Shown here: piece by piece, positions 56,531 through 64,000 of the stretch
Layout: every line of letters starts with the position of its first letter
Numbering within the stretch: position 1 is the stretch's first letter
NCBI GenBank assembly: GCA_018400015.1
Contig: JAGYNB010000004.1
Span: forward strand, 7,186-71,185
Direction: 5' to 3'
DNA from: Candidatus Omnitrophota bacterium
GTDB lineage: Bacteria; Omnitrophota; Gorgyraeia; Gygaellales; Gygaellaceae
DNA: 64,000 bases
Program-made: the position numbers and the translations under genes
The notes under the pieces: model-generated
Database searches by the model: none
Told to the model about the DNA's origin: nothing
Seen by the model: the letters and a program-made list of their open reading frames with translations, nothing else

Positions 56531-57825
56531 GTAATAAAGTAAATATCGGGTTGATTGGTTTTGGCACTATCGGTAGCGGCGTGGTAAAGATTCTGCATTC
56601 CAGGAAAGCCTTTTTGAAAAAAAAGACCGGGGTTGAAATAAACATCAAAAGAATATGTGATAAAGATTTGAAAAGCAGAAGAATTGTCAAAGTCAGGAGT
56701 TCTTTATTGACTAAAAAAGCTGATGATATCATAAATGATTCATCTATTGATATTGTTGTAGAGCTTATAGGCGGGGTGCATCCTGCCAAAGAGATAATCG
56801 AAAAGTCTTTACGTAAAGGAAAATACGTAGTAACTGCCAATAAGGCACTTTTATGTGAGGAAGCAGAAAGTATTTTTGCCATGAGCAAGACTTTGGGTAA
56901 GGATATTTATTTTGAGGCTGCGGTGGCAGGAGGTATACCGATAGTAAAGTCCATTAAGGAAGGTTTGATTGCCAATAAATTCTTGGGAATCTACGGCATA
57001 TTAAACGGAACTTCTAACTATGTTTTAAGTCTTATGGCAGAAAAAGATTGTAGTTTTACTCAAGCCCTGGAAGAAGCGAAGAAAAAGGGTTATGCAGAAA
57101 AAAATGCTTCTTTGGATGTTGAGGGGATTGATTCTGCACATAAGATAAGCCTGCTTTGTTATCTGGCATTTGGCAAAATTGTTAAGGTTAAAGATATTCT
57201 AGTTGAAGGTATAAACAGGATTTCATCTTTAGATATTCGTTATGCCAAGGAACTGGGTTTTAAGATAAAGCTCTTAGCGATTGCTAAAAAGGATAAGGAT
57301 AAGTTGGAAGTGAGAGTTCATCCTACCCTTATTCCCGAAGGTAATCTTTTAGCTTCGGTAGATGGAGTCTATAATGGAATTTGTTTAAGTGGAGATTTGA
57401 CCGGAAGACTTTTCTTTTACGGAAAAGGAGCAGGAAGATTTCCTACTGCTTCAAGCATTGTTAGCGATATCGTAGAGCTAACTAAAAATATTAAAGCAGG
57501 GCTTTTTAAGTCTGATATAAATATAATTGAAGATAAATCAGTAAAACTTTTAGAGAAAACCGGTGAATTTCAAAGTAGGTTTTATGTTAGATTCATGGCA
57601 ATAGATAAGCCTGGGATATTAGCTAAGATATCTGGAGTTTTGGGTGATTTTGGTATAAGTATTGCTTCTGTTACTCAGAAAGAGAGAAAATTTGCTAAAG
57701 CCGTACCTATTGTAATGATTACTCATATAGCTAAAGAAGAGCCTTTGAAAAAGGCAATAAAACAGATTGATAATCTTTCTATCGTTAAAGAACAGACCGT
57801 TGCTATTAAGATGGAGGATATTTAA
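56527..57825 (+). CDS. hom: Homoserine dehydrogenase with ACT domain
   Basis: [42 protein letters not shown]. Confidence 0.96.
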   Translation: MSNKVNIGLIGFGTIGSGVVKILHSRKAFLKKKTGVEINIKRICDKDLKSRRIVKVRSSLLTKKADDIINDSSIDIVVELIGGVHPAKEIIEKSLRKGKYVVTANKALLCEEAESIFAMSKTLGKDIYFEAAVAGGIPIVKSIKEGLIANKFLGIYGILNGTSNYVLSLMAEKDCSFTQALEEAKKKGYAEKNASLDVEGIDSAHKISLLCYLAFGKIVKVKDILVEGINRISSLDIRYAKELGFKIKLLAIAKKDKDKLEVRVHPTLIPEGNLLASVDGVYNGICLSGDLTGRLFFYGKGAGRFPTASSIVSDIVELTKNIKAGLFKSDINIIEDKSVKLLEKTGEFQSRFYVRFMAIDKPGILAKISGVLGDFGISIASVTQKERKFAKAVPIVMITHIAKEEPLKKAIKQIDNLSIVKEQTVAIKMEDI

Positions 57826-57830
57826 AACAG

Positions 57831-58901
57831 ATGAAGTACAAAGGTATTATAGCTAAATATAAAAAATACTTACCGGTTACCGATAAAACTTCTATTGTTA
57901 CTTTACTTGAAGGTAACACGCCTTTAATCCATGCTGCTAAAATAAGCAGGCTTGTAGGTAAGAATGTAGAGCTTTATTTAAAATATGAAGGGCTTAATCC
58001 AACAGGTTCATTTAAAGACAGGGGCATGACTTTAGCTGTTACTAAAGCAAAAGAAGAAGGTTCAAAAGCGGTTATCTGTGCTTCTACTGGTAACACTTCA
58101 GCATCTGCAGCAGCATATGCGGCAAAAGCAGACATGAAATGTGTTGTGCTGATTCCTGAGGGAGCAATTGCTTTAGGTAAACTTGCTCAGGCCTTGATTC
58201 ACGGGGCTAAAGTAATACCGATTAAAGGCAATTTTGATAAAGCGTTGGAACTTGTCAGGCATATTTCCGATAACTATCCAATTACCTTAGTTAATTCGCT
58301 TAATCCCTATAGAATTGAAGGACAAAAAACCGGATCATTTGAGATATGTGATTTGTTGTCTATCGCACCTGATTTTCACTGTATACCCGTAGGCAATGCC
58401 GGCAATATCACTGCATACTGGAAAGGGTATAAGGAATATAAAAAGCAAGGTAAGATAAAGGATCTTCCTGTTATGTTGGGTTTTCAGGCAAAGGGTGCTT
58501 CTCCTATTGTTCATAATAAGGTATTTAACCGTCCTGAGACTATTGCAACGGCAATAAGGATCGGCAATCCAGCAAGCTGGATTCAAGCTGTGGCAGCAAA
58601 AAAAGAATCAAAAGGAGCAATTGATTATGTAACTGACAGAGAAATCTTGACTGCTTATAAGTTGTTGGCTTCCTTAGAAGGTGTATTTGTTGAACCAGCT
58701 TCAGCAGCTTCGGTTGCCGGTGTCTTAAAATATGTAAGGCAGGGTTATTTTAAGAGAATCATCTCTAAAAAGAAGAAAATAAAGATTGTTTGTATTTTGA
58801 CCGGTCACGGGTTAAAGGATCCTGACAGGGTAATAAAATCTGTTAATGTCCAGGATGCAATACCTGCAAAAGTTAAACAGGTTATTAAACAAATATTATG
58901 A
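57831..58901 (+). CDS. thrC: Threonine synthase
   Basis: [41 protein letters not shown]. Confidence 0.96.
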   Translation: MKYKGIIAKYKKYLPVTDKTSIVTLLEGNTPLIHAAKISRLVGKNVELYLKYEGLNPTGSFKDRGMTLAVTKAKEEGSKAVICASTGNTSASAAAYAAKADMKCVVLIPEGAIALGKLAQALIHGAKVIPIKGNFDKALELVRHISDNYPITLVNSLNPYRIEGQKTGSFEICDLLSIAPDFHCIPVGNAGNITAYWKGYKEYKKQGKIKDLPVMLGFQAKGASPIVHNKVFNRPETIATAIRIGNPASWIQAVAAKKESKGAIDYVTDREILTAYKLLASLEGVFVEPASAASVAGVLKYVRQGYFKRIISKKKKIKIVCILTGHGLKDPDRVIKSVNVQDAIPAKVKQVIKQIL

Positions 58902-60097
58902 AATACGTAGTCTTAGTTCCAGATGGCATGGCAGATTATCCCATAGCAGGTTTAAACGGACACACTCCTTTACAGGTGGCCAAAACTCCTAATTTTGATA
59001 TGATTGCCAATAAGGGAATAATGGGCTTGGTAAAAACCGTCCCCGACGGTTTTACCCCAGCTTCAGATGTGGCAAATCTTGCTTTGTTCGGTTATGATCC
59101 GAGAAAATACTATCCCGGCAGAGCTCCTTTAGAAGCGGCAAATCTTAATGTTGAGTTAGGGCCTAACGATATTGCTTTTAGGTGTAATCTGGTTACTATA
59201 TTCGATAATAAAATGATTGATTATAGTGCAGGGCATATTACTTCTGCAGAGTCTCAAAAGTTGATAAGATTTCTTGATGAAAAATTAGGCAGCGAAAACA
59301 TAAAATTTTATTCAGGTACAAGCTATAGGCATCTTTTAGTGATTAAAAGTAACAATAATATAGACATTAAAGATTTAAAATGCATTCCTCCTCACGATAT
59401 TACCGGTAAGGATATTAAAAAATATCTGCCTAAGGGTTCGCTTTCTCAGACGCTAATACATCTTATGGAAGAGGCTTCAAAAGTTTTGACCTCTCATGAG
59501 ATTAATTTGGTAAGACTTGATTTGAAGGAAAACCCTGCAAATAATATCTGGCTTTGGGGATTCGGACAAGGCACGAATATGGAAAGTTTTATGGATAAGT
59601 TTGGACTTAAGGGCGGAGTTATTTCCGCAGTTGATTTGATTAAAGGGATAGGTAAAATAGTTGGTTTAAAGGTTATAGATGTTGAGGGGGCAACAGGTTT
59701 TTACGATACTAATTATGCGGGTAAAGCCGATGCGGCAATAGAAGTTTTAAAGAAAGATGATTATGTATACGTTCATGTGGAAGCGCCTGATGAGGCAGGG
59801 CATAATGGCGATCTTCAGGAAAAGATTTTGGCAATAGAACGTTTTGACCAGCAGATAATCGGTAAGATCTTAAATTATCTGCAAGGGCAAAAAAGCGATT
59901 ACAGAATTTTGGTTGTACCTGATCATGCGACTCCCATTGATTTAAAAACGCATACTGCAGATCCTGTTCCGTATGCTATGGCTGGTAGAAACATTGTTCC
60001 AAGTGCATCAAAAGCATTTACGGAAGAGCAAGCTAAACTATCTGGGAAAAACTTTGACTCTGGCGAAGAACTTATTAAATATTTTATTAAGTCCTGA
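58898..60097 (+). CDS. apgM: Cofactor-independent phosphoglycerate mutase-like protein (ApgM family; proposed homoserine kinase subfamily)
   Basis: [35 protein letters not shown]...HT. Confidence 0.85.
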   Translation: MKYVVLVPDGMADYPIAGLNGHTPLQVAKTPNFDMIANKGIMGLVKTVPDGFTPASDVANLALFGYDPRKYYPGRAPLEAANLNVELGPNDIAFRCNLVTIFDNKMIDYSAGHITSAESQKLIRFLDEKLGSENIKFYSGTSYRHLLVIKSNNNIDIKDLKCIPPHDITGKDIKKYLPKGSLSQTLIHLMEEASKVLTSHEINLVRLDLKENPANNIWLWGFGQGTNMESFMDKFGLKGGVISAVDLIKGIGKIVGLKVIDVEGATGFYDTNYAGKADAAIEVLKKDDYVYVHVEAPDEAGHNGDLQEKILAIERFDQQIIGKILNYLQGQKSDYRILVVPDHATPIDLKTHTADPVPYAMAGRNIVPSASKAFTEEQAKLSGKNFDSGEELIKYFIKS

Positions 60098-60102
60098 TTT
60101 GT

Positions 60103-61683
60103 ATGAATAGCGTGGTTATTCTAATTTTTGGCTTGATTGCATTGACGATAGGTTATTTCGTTTATGCGCGTTTTATTGCCAAATTGTTTGGTGTTGATTT
60201 TAACAGGCAAGTACCGAGTGTTTCTAAATGCGACGGTGTTGATTTTGTACCCGCACAGCATTGGTTGATGGTTTTTGGTCATCATTTTGCTTCAATTGCT
60301 GGAGCAGGTCCAATTGTCGGGCCGGTTTTGGCTTGTATTTATTGGGGTTGGGGTCCAGCTTTAGCCTGGATAATAATTGGGACTATTTTTATCGGAGGAG
60401 TGCATGATTTTGGATCATTGTTTGTTTCGATAAGAGAAGATGCTTGTAGTATTCCTGAGGTTGCCCAGAGGTATATTTCTAAAACCGCAAGGAATATGTT
60501 TTCAATATTTACTTGGTTTGCGCTTTTGTTGGTTGTGGCTGTTTTTGCATATTTATGCAGTATGACTTTTGTTAAGAATCCGTTTATTGTATTACCCAGT
60601 CTTGGTGTAATTCCCGTAGCTTTATTAACAGGGTTTTTTATTTACCGGTTTAAATTCAATTTAATTTTTACTACAGTAATTGGTCTTTTGTTAATGTTAG
60701 GGTTGATGTTTTTAGGAAAGTCATACCCGATTGATTTAGGAGAGAACGCTTTTATTATTTGGACTATTATTTTATTGGTTTATGCTTATATTGCTTCGGT
60801 ATTACCAGTAAATATACTCTTACAGCCCAGAGATTATTTAAGTAGTTTCTTTTTGTTTTTTGCGTTGATTGCTGGAATAGTTGGTATATTTGTTTCTAAC
60901 CCGAAAATTGTTGCGCCTGCTTTTAAAGGTGTGGTTGCCCCGGAAGGAGGTTTTGTTTGGCCGATGCTTTTTGTGATAATTGCCTGTGGTGCGATTTCCG
61001 GATTTCATAGTATGGTTGCTTCCGGGACTACTTCTAAGCAGATTACAAGTGAAGCTCATATCGCAAAAATTGGATACGGCGCAATGGTATTCGAAGCAGT
61101 TCTTGCGATTGTGGTTTTGATATGTGTTTCTATCGGCATATCCGGAGGTTTTAAAAAGGGCGAAGAGATATTATATTTTTCCAGAGGTTTCGAACAGGTT
61201 ACTTCTAGTTTTTTAAGAGGTTACGGAGGGGTATTCGCAATCCTTACTTTAAATGCATTTATTCTTACTACCCTTGATACTGCTACAAGAATAAATAGGT
61301 ATATTACTGAAGATATCTTTCGAATTAAAAATAGATTTATTTCAACATTTGTGGTGATTATTCTTGCTGCAGCCTTGGTTATTTCCGGAAGCTGGAAAAA
61401 GATTTGGCCTGTGTTTGGCGCTTCTAACCAGCTTGTTGCTGCGTTGACTTTACTTGTGTTAAGTGCTTGGCTTCTTTCAAGAAATAAAAAAATTAGATAT
61501 ACGATTATTCCTGCAATAGTTATGTTGATTACGACTATTGCAGCTTTAGTTATTCAAATAGTTGCCTTTATTAAGTTATCAAGTTATTTATTGGCGGCTA
61601 TTTGCATTTTATTGATTATTTTCTCGATAATTATGCTTAAGGAATCTATAAAAGTAATGATTAAAAGAAAATTAAAGCAATGA
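60103..61683 (+). CDS. cstA: Carbon starvation protein A family transporter
   Basis: GHHFASIAGAGPIVGP, LLQPRDYL, IACGAISGFH, TTLDTATR, FGASNQL. Confidence 0.94.
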   Translation: MNSVVILIFGLIALTIGYFVYARFIAKLFGVDFNRQVPSVSKCDGVDFVPAQHWLMVFGHHFASIAGAGPIVGPVLACIYWGWGPALAWIIIGTIFIGGVHDFGSLFVSIREDACSIPEVAQRYISKTARNMFSIFTWFALLLVVAVFAYLCSMTFVKNPFIVLPSLGVIPVALLTGFFIYRFKFNLIFTTVIGLLLMLGLMFLGKSYPIDLGENAFIIWTIILLVYAYIASVLPVNILLQPRDYLSSFFLFFALIAGIVGIFVSNPKIVAPAFKGVVAPEGGFVWPMLFVIIACGAISGFHSMVASGTTSKQITSEAHIAKIGYGAMVFEAVLAIVVLICVSIGISGGFKKGEEILYFSRGFEQVTSSFLRGYGGVFAILTLNAFILTTLDTATRINRYITEDIFRIKNRFISTFVVIILAAALVISGSWKKIWPVFGASNQLVAALTLLVLSAWLLSRNKKIRYTIIPAIVMLITTIAALVIQIVAFIKLSSYLLAAICILLIIFSIIMLKESIKVMIKRKLKQ

Positions 61684-62900
61684 AGAAAATTATTGTTCAA
61701 AAATTCGGCGGTTCTTCTGTTGCAAACGTAGAGTGTATTAAACGTGTTGCAAAAAGAGTTGTTGAGTATAAGAAAAAAGGGTTTCATGTCGTAGTGGTAG
61801 TTTCGGCTTTGGGCGGTACTACAGACGAATTAATTGAGCTTTCTAATTGTATAACCGATAACCCCTCTGACAGGGAAATGGATATGCTTCTTTCAACAGG
61901 AGAGCAGATATCGGTTGCTTTATTGGCGATGGCGATCCATAGTTTTGGTTTTGAAGCAATATCTTTTACCGGGGCCCAAGTCGGGATTATTACCGACAAA
62001 AGCCATACTAAAGCAAGGATTCTTGAGATAAATACCATAAGAATTAAACAAGAGCTGGATAGTGATAGAATCGTTATTGTTGCAGGTTTTCAAGGCGTCA
62101 CTTTGGATCAGCATATTACTACATTAGGAAGAGGCGGTTCAGACCTTACTGCTGTGGCATTAGCTAAACAGCTAAAGGCATCAGAATGTGAGATTTATAC
62201 TGATGTAAAAGGTATCTATACGACTGACCCGCGGATTGAGCCTAAGGCAGTAAAATTAGATGAAATTACTTACGATGAGATGTTAGAGATGGCATCGCTT
62301 GGTGCTCAAGTTATGCAGGCGCGTTCTATTGAGGTTGCTAAAAAGTTCGATGTTCCCATACACGTGAGGTCTTCTTTTGAAAAAGATACAGGCACCATGA
62401 TTATAAGGGAGGTAAAGAGAATGGAAGATGTTGTCGTCAGAGGTATAACTTTGAATAATCAGGAAGCAAAGGTTACGGTTTGTGATGTCCCTGATAAGCC
62501 GGGAGTTGCAGCAAGGTTGTTCAAGAAGCTTTCTTTTAACGGTATTAACGTGGATATGATCGTTCAAAACGTCAGTCACACTCGCAGGACGGATATTTCT
62601 TTTACGGTTAAAAAGACAGATATCCCCAAGACAAAGAATACATTAAGAAAATTCGCAAAGAGCATTGATACTGGAGAGGTTGTTTACGATTTGGACATTG
62701 CCAGGATTTCTATTGTTGGCGTAGGTATGAAATCCCACCACGGTGTTGCAGCGGATATGTTTGATTCCTTGGCAAAAAATAAGATTAATATAGAAATGAT
62801 TTCTACGTCAGATATAAGCATTTCCTGTATTATAAGTAAGAAAAGCGCAAATAAAGCTATAAGAGCTTTGCATAAGAAATTTCAACTTATTAATAACTAG
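61680..62900 (+). CDS. lysC: Aspartate kinase (alpha, with probable nested beta subunit)
   Basis: VQKFGGSSV, VVVSA, TTLGRGGSD, TDV.G.YT.DP, two ACT domains. Confidence 0.96.
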   Translation: MKKIIVQKFGGSSVANVECIKRVAKRVVEYKKKGFHVVVVVSALGGTTDELIELSNCITDNPSDREMDMLLSTGEQISVALLAMAIHSFGFEAISFTGAQVGIITDKSHTKARILEINTIRIKQELDSDRIVIVAGFQGVTLDQHITTLGRGGSDLTAVALAKQLKASECEIYTDVKGIYTTDPRIEPKAVKLDEITYDEMLEMASLGAQVMQARSIEVAKKFDVPIHVRSSFEKDTGTMIIREVKRMEDVVVRGITLNNQEAKVTVCDVPDKPGVAARLFKKLSFNGINVDMIVQNVSHTRRTDISFTVKKTDIPKTKNTLRKFAKSIDTGEVVYDLDIARISIVGVGMKSHHGVAADMFDSLAKNKINIEMISTSDISISCIISKKSANKAIRALHKKFQLINN

Positions 62901-62908
62901 AGGTAAAA

Positions 62909-64000
62909 ATGGATAAGGTTTATTTATACGATACTACTTTAAGGGATGGTTCTCAAGGTGAAGGTATATCATATTCTGTTATGGATAAAGTCAGGATTAC
63001 TGAAGAACTTAATCGGTTTGGCGTGCATTTCATCGAAGGCGGTTGGCCGGGTTCAAATCCAAAAGACATGACTTATTTTAAAAAAATGAGCGCTAAGAAG
63101 TTAAAGAATTCATCCATAGTCGCTTTTGGTTCTACGCGTAAGGCTAATACTACAGCCATAAAAGATGCTAATATAAGCGCCTTGCTTGAATCAAAAGCAA
63201 AAGTAGCGGCAATATTTGGCAAAACCTGGGATTTACATGTTAAAGACGTTTTGCGTACATCATTAGATGAAAACTTGTATATGATAAAAGATAGCGTAAG
63301 TTATCTTGTTTCTAAAAAGATAAAAGTCTTTTATGATGCAGAGCATTTTTTTGATGCATATAAAGCAAATAAAAGTTATGCCATAAAGACTATCCTTGCT
63401 GCACAAGATTCCGGTGCGGAAATGATTGTTTTATGTGATACCAACGGCGGTACAATTGCCTCAGAATTGTTAAAGATAATAAATGAGATAAAACCTCTTG
63501 TTAAAGTCGGTTTAGGGATTCATTGCCATAATGATTCTGGATTGGCAGTTGCTAATTCTATTGCTGCAGTGGAAGCAGGATGCAGTATGGTTCAAGGTAC
63601 GGTCAACGGCTATGGTGAACGCTGCGGTAATGCAGACTTAGTTGCCATAATTGCAAATCTGAAGTTAAAGCTGAATATTGATTGCATTAGCGATAAGAAT
63701 TTAAAAGACCTTACCTATCTATCGCATTTTGTTGCGGAGGTCAGCAATATGCGCATTAAAGATGATCAGCCGTTTACGGGGAATTCTGCTTTTGCCCACA
63801 AAGGCGGAGTGCATATTAATGCAATAATGAAGAATCCTGTTAGTTATGAACATATTGATCCTAGTTTAGTTGGCAATAGGCGCAGAATTTTAGTTTCCGA
63901 GCTGGCAGGCAAGACAGGGATTCTTTTACGCGCAAAGGACCTTGATTTGGACCTTACGAAAAATGACCCCAAAACAAAGAAAATTCTTTCACTTATTCAG
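62909..64000 (+). CDS. cimA: Citramalate synthase (CimA/LeuA family), 3' partial
   Basis: Hand translation MDKVYLYDTTLRDGSQGEG...IEGGWPGSNPKD; FGKTWDLHV, YDAEHFFD, HCHND, GERCGN, AHKGGVH; runs off the window. Confidence 0.88.
   Translation, partial: MDKVYLYDTTLRDGSQGEGISYSVMDKVRITEELNRFGVHFIEGGWPGSNPKDMTYFKKMSAKKLKNSSIVAFGSTRKANTTAIKDANISALLESKAKVAAIFGKTWDLHVKDVLRTSLDENLYMIKDSVSYLVSKKIKVFYDAEHFFDAYKANKSYAIKTILAAQDSGAEMIVLCDTNGGTIASELLKIINEIKPLVKVGLGIHCHNDSGLAVANSIAAVEAGCSMVQGTVNGYGERCGNADLVAIIANLKLKLNIDCISDKNLKDLTYLSHFVAEVSNMRIKDDQPFTGNSAFAHKGGVHINAIMKNPVSYEHIDPSLVGNRRRILVSELAGKTGILLRAKDLDLDLTKNDPKTKKILSLIQ

Noticed and set aside
2793-62579. All minus-strand ORFs and short alternative-frame + ORFs in the six-frame track
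   Set aside because: Each lies within or across a well-supported + strand gene or RNA and shows no recognisable motif; they are shadow ORFs.
1-64000. Stop-codon reassignment, selenocysteine or programmed frameshifts
   Set aside because: Conserved proteins are full length in the standard bacterial code; TGA, TAG and TAA all terminate genes at expected positions; overlaps such as acpS/nnrD and rsmE/mtaB have plausible independent starts.

Overview
This is an AT-rich, gene-dense bacterial chromosomal segment in which every credible gene (about 75 CDS, 8 tRNAs and the RNase P RNA) lies on the + strand. Gene content suggests an anaerobic diderm, possibly PVC superphylum or Omnitrophota-like; that assignment is inference only. 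The order is: a type IV pilus operon with five pilins; tRNA-Ala(CGC); an AmmeMemoRadiSam locus with N-terminal export-like signals plus a CcdA/DsbD_2-like membrane protein; rsmE-mtaB; cvpA-nif3-dnaG-rpoD; tRNA-Ile2/Val; rnhA-rnpB; yebC-ruvC-ruvA-scpB; aromatic amino-acid genes; lepAB; gatCAB; a ctpA-tsaD-mgtC block; a bactofilin-HTH fusion with a membrane-anchored HTH partner; a corrinoid Fe-S protein module (acsC, RACo, acsD, acsE) without acsB/CODH; a divergent L27; tRNA-Met; tilS-ftsH-folP-dacA with a mini-CdaR; pdxJ-acpS-nnrD; tRNA-Thr/Tyr/Gly; an archaeal-type thyA; gpsA; tRNA-Pro; tandem PilZ genes; hom-thrC-apgM-like-cstA-lysC; and a partial cimA. I saw no CRISPR array, integrase or transposase. 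The best candidates for undescribed biology are (1) the MgtC / bactofilin-HTH / HTH-TM module, (2) the apparently exported radical-SAM/Memo/AMMECR1 system with a transmembrane thiol electron carrier, (3) a tRNA-Met with a compensatory A19:U56 elbow, and (4) an L27 lacking the conserved N-terminus. All product calls come from motif recognition by eye; no database searches were run.
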